This document shows, one piece after another, positions 48,538 through 60,480 of a stretch of 64,000 bases of DNA. Origin of the DNA: Curvularia clavata. Its lineage: Eukaryota. Position 1 is the stretch's first letter, and each line of letters begins with the position of its first letter. A program made the position numbers and the translations under genes. The stretch spans positions 310,001-374,000 of the forward strand of contig CP089275.1 of the NCBI GenBank assembly GCA_023920165.1. Direction: 5' to 3'. Below the pieces are notes generated by a model that worked only from the letters and a program-made list of their open reading frames with translations, did not search any database and had not been told where the DNA came from.

Positions 48538-50026
48538 TTAGTGGCCACCTTCAACAGCACCGCTCTCGCCAGCACCCTCGCCAGCACCATGGCCTGCGGG
48601 GTTGGGGAAGTAGAAGGCGCAAACAGCGATGATAACATAGGTCATTACACAAAGCACACCTTCTAGGTAGTTAGACTTGCCATCACGGAGGAAAGAACCG
48701 ACAGTGAGGACTGCAAGCACCAATGCAACGGCATCGAAGATGGCAAAGTTGTAGTCCATGTGAACGCCAAGGCCCCAACCAACCAAGACGACAAGTGGCG
48801 CGTTGAACAAGGCGGTCTGAATAGAGGCACCGAGAACATGAGCAAGCGCCATGTTGATCTGGTTGTCATAGGCTTCGTCAATTGCGAGAAGGTGTTCAGC
48901 AATCTTCTCAACAAGCGGGACAAGAATCAGACCAATGAAAGCGTCACTGATTCCACGCTCCTCGACGATATAGGGGATTTCCAGTACGAGGGCGATGGCG
49001 ATGAGTGACACACAGGCGACGGAGATTGCGAGAGCAACCAGGACTTCAATCATGGTGAGCTTGGGCTTCTTCAACTCCTTGTGGCGGTCCTTGTCCTGGA
49101 GGTCGTCCTGTTCGTAGATTTCGTGGAGGAGACCATCGTGGGAAACTGTTTGGAACCAGATGTAGATGAGGTAGCCAACAATTGAGATGATGGCCACACC
49201 GCGAGAGATGAGGCGAGTATTGCGTGTGATATCCACGGTGTTGTCGTAGTCAGGGTTTTGGCTGAGATAGGAGTAGAAGACAGCAGGCAGAACAAGGGCC
49301 ATGGCAGCGACAAGCATCAAGCCAGAACCATTCTCCGAGACCGCTTCGTGGAACTCTTGCTGAACGTGCTTGAGTCCACCAGCAATGAAACTAATCCAAC
49401 TATATTAGATTATGGAGTCCAGACAAACACACATTTACTTACCATGAGCCCAAGCAGAGGAGCAAGTTAGCCAGAATAGAACCCAGGATAGCGGCCTTGA
49501 TAACCTGGACATTAGAGTCGCCTTTGGAAGTCCTCAGCAAAACCATGAAGAGAATGATTTCGACAATGGAGCCGAAGGTAGTCTCTAGGACAAGAGCAAA
49601 AGACTTGTTGGGCATCTTGCGAGAAAACTCTTGGCCGGCGAAGCCCAACATGTTTGCTGCGGGCAACATAGCAATGTAGTTGGTAATGAAGATGGCCAGG
49701 TGCCATTCTGGCTTTGCAAAATGCAATGCGATAGCGATGGGTACGATTGGCCATAGCAAGTTGACGAGCATAGACGGAGTGCTACTGCTCCGTCCACTAA
49801 TAGTGAGGAACTTGATTGGATTGAAGCCGCTGCGGCCACTCTCGCCCTCGGGGTGAATCCCCTTGGTAACCCTGTGGCCATTGTGGTTGTATTGTGGTAG
49901 CGTGTCGCGCCTGCCACGACGATCTTCTGAAGGTCGGCTGCGGTGCTTTTCGGTGCTGTAGGCTCGATCGCGCGAGGAGCGGTGACCGTGGTGGTCCCGC
50001 GAGGGTCGTCGTGAGCCGTGGGCCAT
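48538..50026 (-). CDS. Ca2+/H+ exchanger (CAX/Vcx1-like); exons 50026-49443, 49390-48538
   Basis: GESGRSGF, GSILANLLLCLGSC|FIAGG, LVPLVEKIAEH, IQTALFNAP and DGKSNYLEG motifs; many TM helices. Confidence 0.9.
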
Positions 50027-50356
50027 GGTAATTACTGGTAGGTGGGCACTGGTGGGTTCAGGGTACCGGTGGACGGACTGCTAGGCGGAGTGCGGCGCTT
50101 GGGGCCGTTGGCGCCGTTATTCAAGGTTCGTGGTCGGTTGTGATGGGCATGCAGTGGTGGTACAGGGAGAAGTAGGTGTGCAGAAGATTGAAAGAAAAGA
50201 AAGCCAAATAATAAAGGCCCAGGGAAACTGGGACAAATACAGGGCCCCGGCGTCATCTCGGGCACCGCGTATGGCTTTGGTTTCCCTGTTTGCCCGTTGC
50301 GGGCCGCTGCAACAAGTAGCCGCCGCCTAAACCTAAGCCAATGGCCCGTACGATCG

Positions 50357-50628
50357 CACAGCCTCTTTGCTCTGTCCGCCCACGACACTGCTTGTTTACA
50401 CCGAAACTCTGCGACACGATGCGTTCCGGTCAGCGGCGAGTGTTGCGATTGGCTCAGAGGCACGGGTTTTCGCTGTCAAGCTGAGCTTGTCTGCTGCAGA
50501 CACGTCACCAAGCATCTGGTAGTGGTCCTGGCGATGCTTGGTGCGTCTTGGCTGTGCTTTGATGGAGGGCCAGAACAAGGTTTCATCTCCCTGCGTTTTG
50601 ACGTGGGCCCAGCCTCGAGTACAGCCAC
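50357..50628. promoter_or_regulatory. Cluster of putative calcineurin/Crz1 response elements
   Basis: CACAGCCTC 50357-50365, GGCTGTG 50550-50556, CAGCCTC 50610-50616 and CAGCCAC 50622-50628, upstream of the Ca2+ exchanger. Confidence 0.5.
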
Positions 50629-51319
50629 CGTCGCAAGGGGGAATAGGGTTGCGACTTGGTGTCACCTACTGGAATTCCCGCAGTCCGCCGACATGAATAC
50701 CTGGTGCTGCTGAAGCCAGAGCGAGCCCCCTTGGAACACTCCTATCTGACTGTATCGAGCTGTCCTGGGAGTCAGCTTCAGCTCGCATAGGTACCTGGCC
50801 GTTCTGAGGTAGCGAGCGTGAACGCATCGAGGCCACCAGCCCGCCGCAATGAGGTCACCACTCGTTTACAACAAAGACTATCCGTCCTAGTTCTTGTTCT
50901 TGTTCTGATAGACGAGGTGCGAGATGGATGCGACGATCGCCCAGCATCATAGCTCTGCTTTGAGAACCAATCATCTCCGCATGTCCCCCGTGCGGGGACT
51001 GCAGTCAGCGTGCCTGGAACGCCGGGGGAAGGGGGCTAGCGCTCGGCATGTGCACAGGGGCAGAGTGCAACTGCGCTCATGTACCTTGGAATGCTGAATT
51101 CATCGTCGTCGGTCGAGTCTGTACTGTGTGCCAGACAAGAGATGGAGGCGCTGATAAGGAATCCTGTATCAAGCCCCGAAGATCACCTGCCCTCGTGCAC
51201 GGGGACAGGCGTCATGGACAGGCACGTGTTAGCGTCATGGCAACACGTCCATCAAACAAACACCGCACTGCCATCCCAACTCCTTCTCTCCCACACATAC
51301 CTCTTTGCGCTCCTCAATC

Positions 51320-52951
51320 ATGGTCTTCCTATCCGGCTTTGCGCTGTGCGCTGCCGTAACTAGCGCCAGTGCGCTCCAGATCCCGCTCCTGTCCAACAAC
51401 CATGTCCTGCTCGGGCACCCGCATGGGACTAAACCGCTAGTCAACTCGACAGAGCTGCAGGAGCTCATCAGTGGCGACAGGTTGATGACGCGCGCGAAGA
51501 AGATGTATGAGATTGCCAAACTTGGGGAAGCAGAGTACAACCACCCAACAAGAGTCATTGGAAGCGCTGGTACGCGTGCTCACGTGTCATGGTCCCTGAG
51601 TCTCTACTAATCGCCATCTAGGCCATCTTGGGACGCTATCCTACATCTACGAAACCATCCTTGAACTTGGAGACTATTATACCATTTCAAACCAGACTTT
51701 CCCCGCTGTCTCTGGAAACGTCTTCGAGTCGCGCTTGGTTATCGGACACGATGTGCCTAAGTCTGCAACTCCCATGGGCCTGACTCCCGCAACCAAGGAC
51801 AAGGAGCCAGTTCATGGTGATCTTGTCCAGGTTGCCAACGAGGGTTGCCAGGAGTCAGACTTCCCAGACGCTGTTGCCGGCAACATTGCCTTCATCAAGC
51901 GCGGTGTTTGTCCCTTTGGGACAAAGTCTGAGAACGCTGGTCGCAAAGGTGCCGTGGCAGCCGTCGTGTACAACTATGAGAAGGATGCTGTTTCTGGCAC
52001 TTTGGGAACACCCTCGCCGGATCACGTGGCTACCTTTGGACTCTCTGGTGAAGAAGCAGAGCCTACCCTGAAGAAGCTTGAACAAGGAGAGCAAATCGAT
52101 TCCATTGCTTACATTGATGCCGAGGTCAACCAAATCCTCACCGTCAACATCATTGCTCAGACGACTGAGGGTGACCCCGAGAACTGCGTCATGCTCGGCG
52201 CACATAGTGACAGTGTAACGGAAGGCCCTGGCATCAACGATGACGGGTCCGGCACAATGTCGCTTCTTGAGGTGGCTACCCAGCTCACCAAGTTCAACGT
52301 CTCCAACTGTGTCCGATTCGCCTGGTGGGCCGGTGAAGAAGAAGGCCTGCTCGGCTCTGATTACTACGTTGCCTCGCTCTCCGATGAGGAGAACCAGAAG
52401 ATTCGTCTTTTCATGGACTATGACATGATGGCCAGTCCCAACTTTGCCTACCAAATCTACAACGCCACCAACGCCGTGAATCCAAAGGGATCCGAAGAGC
52501 TTCGTGATCTGTACATTAAATGGTACGAGGACCAGGGCTTGAACTACACCTTCATCCCCTTCGATGGCCGTAGTGATTACGACGGCTTCATTCGCAACGG
52601 CATCCCAGGCGGTGGCATTGCCACTGGTGCTGAGGGTATCAAGACGGAGGAGGAGGTCGCCATGTTTGGTGGCAAGGCTGGTGACTGGTACGACCCTTGC
52701 TATCACCAACTTTGTGATGATGTCGGCAACGTCAACGTAACTGCCTGGGTTGTCAACACAAAGGTAAGAGCTTTGATCTCGAACATGCATCTGGATGAAT
52801 AAGTTGCTAACCATCATAGCTTATCGCTCATTCCGTCGCAACGTATGCGCAATCCTTCAAAGGATTTCCCAAGCGTGAGCTCGAAGTTGCTGCCAAGTCA
52901 ACCGCATACAGAGAGAACGTCAAGTACCACGGTGATAAGTTGTTTATCTAG
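51320..52951 (+). CDS. APE3: Aminopeptidase Y-like M28 peptidase with PA domain; exons 51320-51569, 51622-52763, 52820-52951
   Basis: Signal peptide; IKRGVCPF (PA domain), GAHSDSV, GINDDGSG, WWAGEEEGLLGS, DYDMM and CYHQ motifs. Confidence 0.9.
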
Positions 52952-54664
52952 TTGTTTAGTATCCTTTGTCGTTAATGATAATGGCCTTACGAGCCGACGT
53001 TTGCATGCATCCGAACAATATGCACTGCCCTTTTCCCTTCTAATCTTCTTATGATTTTGCTGGGACCGTTATGATTCTAGGCCCAAGGGCCTTAGAAATT
53101 GCGGAGTCTTTATCTCTTGACATTCACCGATGTATATGTATAGCTCGATCCCCAGGTAGAATTCCAAGGAGATGCATCGGCAAAATTTCGCCCGCACCCC
53201 AGTCCCTTTTGCATTAGCGGTCACGTGACCTTCTCCAACCCAACTCGGAGCCTTCCCATCCCCCGATACCCCGACACCACACTACGGACTTCCGCAACGG
53301 CCACCACGATGCACCTTGACACTACTAGGCAACCAAGCAAGATGCCTCAAGCGGTCCAAGCAGCGCTTTATAAAGCCTACTGGTATGGCGCTGGACATCT
53401 GTCCGTTCGCGACTCTTCGCGTTCCTACGAAAATCGGAAGGTTAACGTAGAATTACGATCTCTGACTTCTATCCTCCCAATACTCCAGGCTCACTTCGAC
53501 ATGAAGATGTGCATGCCGGGACCTCTGTCTGGAATAGATAATCCCTGCAACAAGGCCTTCGGATCACGCAAGCGACCCTTGGCATGCATAAGCTGGCATT
53601 AGTGCTGGCACAGTCAGCATGTATTCTAATGTAAAGAATCTATATCTTAGCACACTAAATCGTTACTGTGCAGCCTAGAATAGATGTGGCGCATGCTCCC
53701 AACTCTCTAGAAGCATCTACGCGTGCGTTGAGTAGGTGCGAACTGCCTTTGTGCTCATTGTCGTGCTCGCTCCCACTCAGCTGTGATCACGCATCTGGTC
53801 TTGCCTTGTGGTGACTATCTATGCTGTCACCGTGCCCAACCACTAGGCGACGTGTCTGTGACAAGCTTATACGCCGTCTCGAATAGCAAGAGTCGAATGC
53901 ATAGAGTCGAAAGAGCTGCCAACACGTTCGCGTGGAGACAGCGCAGTGCACCTTGGAATAAGTGACTGCAGTAAAGCGAGCAGAGGGTGGATACGGTCGA
54001 CTGCACGCTGCGTAGCACTAGCAGCTCGTCGCATGCATCAAAGAGTCAGCACTGGATAGAGGCATGGTTAGGCGATATTGCGTTGTGGTGGCAGTGACGT
54101 TAGTCGTGGTTGCGCATTGATCGACTTGCGAGGTCAGTGTGTTTCTCGCAAAGTCAGCGTGCTGCACGGACTGCTGAAGCTTTGCCATCCCTCTCACAAA
54201 AGTCAGTGGTTGTCCCCTTGCAAATGCAATTGGAGCGAAGCTACACGCAAGCCTATGCGTTAATTCCTGCTGCTCTTCCATTTTCCATATTGTGCATCGC
54301 ACCACAAGCGAGTGCTGCTGTTCTCTGTTCTGATTGCAGTTATGGCTCAGCTGCTTCCTTCGCGCGATTATGACTTGTCAGCCATGCTTCAGCCTCACGG
54401 CGTGGCATAGGCTGCGCTTGCCTCTCTGAACGCTCGAGTGACAGCCTGGCCTTACCACCAGCATTCTAATCTACAGCTTGCTGCAACTCCGTTCCTTCTT
54501 ACGCTCTAGTCAGCACTATCCTATCGCTTTCACAACAGACTAAATAAGTAGATTACCTATACCTAGGGCGACCAGGACACCTCGCAACACCGGGTCCTTC
54601 AGCCGACCTCGAGGCTACGAGATCTTCCTCTGCCGCTCGCGCACACAGAACGTACCCCAAGTCA

Positions 54665-57600
54665 ATGCGATTGCTGCACATCGCAATCGACGGGAGGCTC
54701 AGATGGGCGAAGGAGTACATTGGCAACGAGAAGGTTCCTGACTATGCGATCCTCTCGCACACTTGGGCGGAGGAGGAGGTGATCTTTGATGACCTGAAGA
54801 ACCTCGACAGTGCAGACGACACTAGTGCAAGGCGCAAGGCGGGTTGGAACAAAATTGATTTCTGCGCGCGACAGACAAAGCGAGACGGTCTGGACTACTT
54901 CTGGGTTGACACTTGCTGCATCGACAAGTCGAATAGCCAAGAGCTCCAGGAAGCGATCAACTCTATGTTTCGCTGGTATCAGAACGCGAAGAAGTGTTAT
55001 GTGTATCTTTCAGATGTTAAATGCAACACTGCTGATGCATACAGTGAAGCGGGCCGGAGGTGGAAACCGGCCTTCAGGAAGAGCAGGTGGTTTACCAGAG
55101 GCTGGACACTGCAGGAACTGCTTGCTCCTGCATCAGTTGCATTCTACTCGAAAGAGGGAGAGCTTCTTGGGGACAAGCAGTCCCTGAAAGACACTATACA
55201 CGAGATTACAGGCATACCTGTTGAAGCTCTGTCAGGGAGTAGACTGTCTGACTTTAGCGTAGACGACCGTTTCTCCTGGGCGGAACAACGCCAGACAACG
55301 CGCGAAGAAGACATCGCGTACTGTTTGCTAGGCATCTTTGACATCTGCATGACACTGAGATATACGGAAGGCAAACATAGAGCGATAGAACGATTGCGAC
55401 ATAAGATACAAAAGCACACGAAAGACATTGAAGAGAGGCTTGGCAAAATCTGTAGCTGGCTCTCTGCGCCTGACCCATCTACAAACTACCACAGAGCGCA
55501 CAAAGAGCGGCAGGCCGAGACTGGACTCTGGTTGCTGCAGAACGCAAGATTCACGGAGTGGAAGAAGAGTGCTGCGTCGCGACTGTGGCTATATGGGATT
55601 CCAGGATGCGGAAAGACTATCCTGAGCTGTACCATTGTCGAACATCTGCTACAGCACTGCCGTAACGACGCGGAGATGGTGACGGCGTACTTCTATTTCG
55701 ACTTTAAAGATAAACAAAAGCAGGATCCAGAGCTAATGTTCTGCTCGTTACTCTCACAGCTGCTACAGCGTTCGTCTACGATACCTAAGGGCGTTGACGT
55801 ATTATTCTCAGCTTGTAATAACGGACAACGACAGCCATCATTACACGCGCTTCTAGAGGTAATACTACAGACAATGCAACAGTTCACACACGTCTACGTT
55901 GTTCTTGACGCGCTTGATGAGTGTACACAACGCCCAGAGTTGATGGATGCACTTGAGACTATGGCTGGATGGCAACTTGACCGCGTGCATCTGCTCATGA
56001 CTAGCCGGAAAGAATGGGATATTGAGAGCTCTTTAGTAAGCTACATTAAGAAAGAGGACGCTATCTGTCTTCAGAGGGATGTAGTAGATGAAGACATACA
56101 ACGATACGTTCAACAACGGCTATCTAACGACAAGACTTTGACGAAATGGAACAAGGACGTCGCTATCAGGCAAGAGATTGAGGCTGCCCTGATGCACGGA
56201 GCTCAAGGGATGTACGTGTCTTCACCTACTTTGCGCATAGCTAAAGTTAACAAGGCAGGTTTCGATGGGCTGTATGCCAGCTCGACACGCTAGGAAAGTG
56301 TTGCAATCGAGCGATGCTGCGCAAATCTCTTGCCACTCTGCCGCGAACGCTAGATCAGACATACGACCGCATTCTCTGCACGATAAGCGAGGAACACTGT
56401 GAGTATGCGATGCGCATTCTACAGTGGCTGACATTCTCTGCGCGGCCGCTATTAGTTGAGGAGGTCGCTGAAGTTGTTGCTATCGATGTGGCGCGAGATC
56501 CAGCGTTCGACCGCGATGAAGTATTAGAGGACCCGTTAGAGGCGCTGAATATCTGCTCTAGTCTTGTCACTATTACAACGAGCGAGGTAGAGACAAGATT
56601 AAGACCTGCACAGCGCATCATTGCTTTAGCGCACTATTCTGTCCAGGAGTACCTTGTGTCAGAGAGAATTAAGCAAGGACAGGCAAAGATGTATAGCATG
56701 CAAGAATCTGAATGCCAAAACACGATGATGAAAGGCTCTTTGATGTATCTGCTCCAGTTCCAGCAGCCCTTGTCGACAGAGGTTCTCAACGCATCAGCGC
56801 TCGCAAGGTACACAGCTGAGTTCTGGATCAGCCATCTTCAAAAGACAAGGGACGAGACGGAAGGGAGTCAACTTGCGATGATTTTGATGTCATCTGACAA
56901 CCCTGCATATTTGAACTGGATCAAACTATACGATCTAGACAGGCCTCGGAGAAAACCAGACTTAGGGAAAAGCTTGGGAGGCGTAGCGACGCCACTATAC
57001 TATGCAGCTTCGTTCGGCTTGAATACAATTACAGGACTACTACTTGATAAAGGCGCCGACGTTAACGCGCAGGGTGGACAGCGCGGCAACGCACTACAGG
57101 CAGCTTCATATAGAGGCCACGAGCAGATAGTCAAGATACTGCTTGACAAAGGCGCCAACGTTAACGCGCAAGGTGGATACTACGGCAACGCACTACAGGC
57201 AGCTTCGTATAGAAGGCACGAGCAGGTGGTCAAGATACTACTTGACAAAGGCGCTGACGTTAACGCGCAAGGTGGATACTACGGCAACGCACTGCAGGCA
57301 GCTTCATCTGGAGGCCACGAGCAGGTAGTTAAGATACTGCTTGACAAAGGCGCCAACGTCAACGCGCAAGGTGGAGTCTTGGGCAACGCACTGCAGGCAG
57401 CTTCATCTAGAGGCTACGAGCAGATAGTCAAGATACTGCTTGACAAAGGCGCTGACGTTAACGCGCAAGGTGGATACTACGGCAACGCACTACAGGCAGC
57501 TTCGTTTGGAGGCCACGAGCAGGTGGTCAAGATACTGCTTGACAAAGGCGCTAACGTTAACGCGCAAGATGGACTCTACGGCAACGCACTACAGGCAGCT

Positions 57601-57990
57601 TCATTTGGAGGCCACGAGCAGATAGTCAAGATACTGCTTGACAAAGGCGCCAACGTTAACGCGCAAGGTGGATACTACGGCAACGCACTACAGGCAGCTT
57701 CACTTGGAGGCCACGAGCAGGTGGTCAAGACACTGCTTGACAAAGGCGCTAACGCCAACGCGCAAGGTGGACTCTACGGCAACGCACTACAGGCAGCTTC
57801 ATTTGGAGGCCACGAGCAGATAGTCAAGATACTGCTTGACAAAGGCGCTAACGCCAACGCGCAAGGTGGAGTCTTGGGCAACGCACTGCAGGCAGCTTCA
57901 CTTGGAGGCCACGAGCAGGTGGTCAAGACGCTGCTCGACGCAGGTGCTCGTCAAGCTCAGGAAGATGATGTTGTGTTGAGGGCCCAATAG
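54665..57990 (+). CDS. Fungal NLR: HET effector - NACHT - ankyrin repeats; exons 54665-56211, 56259-57990
   Basis: HET motifs YAILSHTW, WVDTCCIDK, INSMFRWY, WFTRGWTLQELLAP; Walker A GIPGCGKT; Walker B VVLDALDEC; a 47-nt intron restores GMFRWAVCQL; C-terminal ANK array. Confidence 0.93.
57040..57930 (+). repeat. Nine near-identical 99-bp ankyrin-coding tandem repeats
   Basis: Unit LLDKGA(D/N)(V/A)NAQ(G/D)GxxGNALQAASxx(G/R)(H/Y)EQ(I/V)VK(I/T) x9; 891 bp = 9 x 99. Confidence 0.97.
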
Positions 57991-58011
57991 CCTTACTTAG
58001 ACACCTAGTAA

Positions 58012-58151
58012 CATCCCTCCCTGGAAGGCCGAAATCCTTCTGTACTGGGATCAGCCATTCGGAGCGCGAGAAATTGGAGATCACAAGCATAACCTTATGT
58101 GTGAGTGGCTTATCCCGGCTCAAGAGGTTTTCGGGGACGTAGGGAGGGACG
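58012..58151. repeat. Imperfect 49-bp inverted repeat (fold-back) just after the NLR stop codon
   Basis: Arms 58012-58060 and 58103-58151 align without gaps, 34/49 complementary overall; main blocks 10/11, 9/10 and 13/16. Confidence 0.75.
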
Positions 58152-58987
58152 CTAAGCATTTCAAATCAGTGCAGCAGATAAAGCATCACCCAGCAGAGCG
58201 TGACTCAAAGCCGTTAGCATGCGCCACACCTGTTCAATAGGCCGCGCAAGGCACCTAGTTATAGCGTTGTATTTATTACAGTAATATACGGCAGGTCGTC
58301 AGCGTGCTAATGCAGGCTGATGTAGGCCAAGCTTGATAAATGGATCCTCCTCCCCGCTCTTTGGGGCTTTCGACGAGCTCGTTCGCATGTTTGAATGATC
58401 TTCAAAGCCTGAGAATATGGTCATTGTCGCCTATTTTTCTGCACAGAGCCTCAGGTTATTGGAAAGATCCTCAATGTTGCATGTAGACAGGGGGGTTTCT
58501 TCGAAGAGTCATTCGCAGCCGTCGACGAAACGGTTGATAGCACCAACAACACTGAAGAGATCCTGGTCGGAGCCAACTGGTCTGAAGCAGAGTAAGCCGA
58601 TTGACATTAACTATGCAGGAACCTTAGCTATCTAGGTTCGCAAATGATAGCGTCCGAAGTTCCGATCTGCCAACCTGTCTCGGGACATGGTGTGTCTCCC
58701 AACCTAGGGATGGACCTTACGTCATTTCAACCCTGTACATTAGCTTTTGACTACCGATCTGGGTGCCATGCGATTCACGATAACACAGAATGGAAAATAC
58801 ATGATCTGTGCCCCAGCGGTCTCTGTTCTTGTGTGCTACGGTGCAGCATTGATTTAAACTATTTGCCTACGACACGGAACTCCGACAATATTAAATTAGC
58901 CAGCTGAACCTTGTTTATACCTTTTATCTACAACTACCCATACCCTCACCTACGTTTCAACCAATTTCAAAAGCTTTTATTCAAGAC

Positions 58988-60480
58988 ATGCCTGCGTCAT
59001 CGTCGCCTCCTCCTCTCGATGTCCTGATATCTGGTTCTGGTATTGCGGGGCCTTGCTTTGCTTACTGGCTTAACCGTCTCCTTCCATCTTCACAGATCAC
59101 AGTTGTAGAGCGCAGTCCTGAACCACGTTTGGGTGGCCAAGCGGTCGACCTTCGCTCATCATGCCTGCCCATTGTGAAGAAAATGGGGTTGTTGGACAAG
59201 GTCAAACAATACAATACCACAGAGGTGGGGATGCAGTTTGTATACCGTGATGGTAAGAGGAGGGCTACCTTTGAAGCAACTGGAGAAGAGGAACGTCAGA
59301 GCGGTATGTTTTTACTTCAGCCCCCTTTTTTTAATTCTGATAAATGGTCAGAACAAGCCGATATGCATGCTGGAAGACATTGATCCATGCTGACTCAACA
59401 CAGCAACGAGTGAGTACGAGATTCTTCGTGGAGACATGGCGCGCATCGTCTACGAAGCCACAAAAGACAACCCAAACATCACCTTTGTCTTTGGCGATAT
59501 GATCACTGAGATTGAGGAAAAGGATAACAACAAAGTCGAAGTCACATTTAAGAACAAACTTCCGAAAAAGCAGTACAATCTCGTCGTGGGTGCAGATGGA
59601 CAAATGTCACGGACCCGTCGCCTAGTCTTCGGTCATGGCCCCAACAACGATGACTACCTGTATCGCTTAGGACAGTACTCTGCTCTCTTCACGATGCCCC
59701 GGGACCCCACCGACACAAACTACGCCCAATGGTACAACGCGTCACGTGGCCGCCTCTTTCTCCTCCGACCAGACCAATACGGCACGACACGAGCTTACAT
59801 CGCCGTTACCGACAGCAATCTTTCCCGCTTCGACGAGATCGACCGCCTGCACAAGAACGGAACGCGAGAAGAACAGCAAGCGTGGTTTGAAAACGAGTTC
59901 AAAGATGCCGGCTTCCAAGCGGAGCGTTGCATCCGTGAGATGAAAAGAGCAGACGACTTCTACATGCAACAGATTGCGCAGGTGAAAATGGATACTTGGG
60001 TCAAAGATCACGTAGCCTTGATCGGAGACGCTGCATATTGTCCCAGCCCCATTTCTGGTGTGGTACGTATAATCCCTATCCCTTTTCTCAACTTCTTGAC
60101 CCCCAGGAAACACCTTATTTCCGCACACTTCTCAGGAATCTGACATGAAACAGGGCACAGGCGCAGGTATAGTAGGCGCCTATATCCTCGCCGGCGAACT
60201 CTCTCGTTCCCCCAATGATATCCCCTCTGCCCTCGCCAACTACGAACGCATCACTCGGCAGTACGTCGACAAAGCGCAGAGACTCATCCCTGGGGCGCCA
60301 CAGATTGCCAATCCCCAGACGGAATGGGGAATCAGCCTCTTCAACACCGTGACGGGTGTCTTATCGCATCCTTTTGTCCAGCGATTCAGTGGTGTGGTGG
60401 GGAAGGTGATCCCAGCGTTTGGGACGACCAAGGCGTGGGCACCGCCGGATTACAAGGCGGAGGAGGGAGTGTCGCTTTAG
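58988..60480 (+). CDS. FAD-dependent monooxygenase/oxidoreductase (FAD_binding_3-like); exons 58988-59303, 59404-60062, 60154-60480
   Basis: VLISGSGIAG, GGQAVDL, EYEILRGD, VVGADG and LIGDAAYCPSPISGV|GT motifs. Confidence 0.9.

Larger units (their letters stand above)
53578..58331. mobile_element. Putative non-autonomous cassette bounded by ~120-bp degenerate inverted repeats, containing the NLR gene
   Basis: 53578-53697 matches the reverse complement of 58216-58331 in two blocks (20/25 and 27/31 by hand alignment). No transposase or clear target-site duplication seen. Confidence 0.4.

Noticed and set aside
51855..52817. 320-aa antisense ORF over aminopeptidase Y, and similar shadow ORFs elsewhere
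   Set aside because: Expected from codon bias of the sense gene; no independent motifs.
53225..54600. Separate amyloid-signalling effector gene or transposase next to the NLR
   Set aside because: The short ORFs (125, 95 and 87 aa) show no HeLo, gasdermin, amyloid or DDE motifs, and the NLR already carries its own HET effector.
57040..57930. CRISPR-like regular repeats
   Set aside because: The units are contiguous in-frame ankyrin codons with no unique spacers, in eukaryotic DNA.
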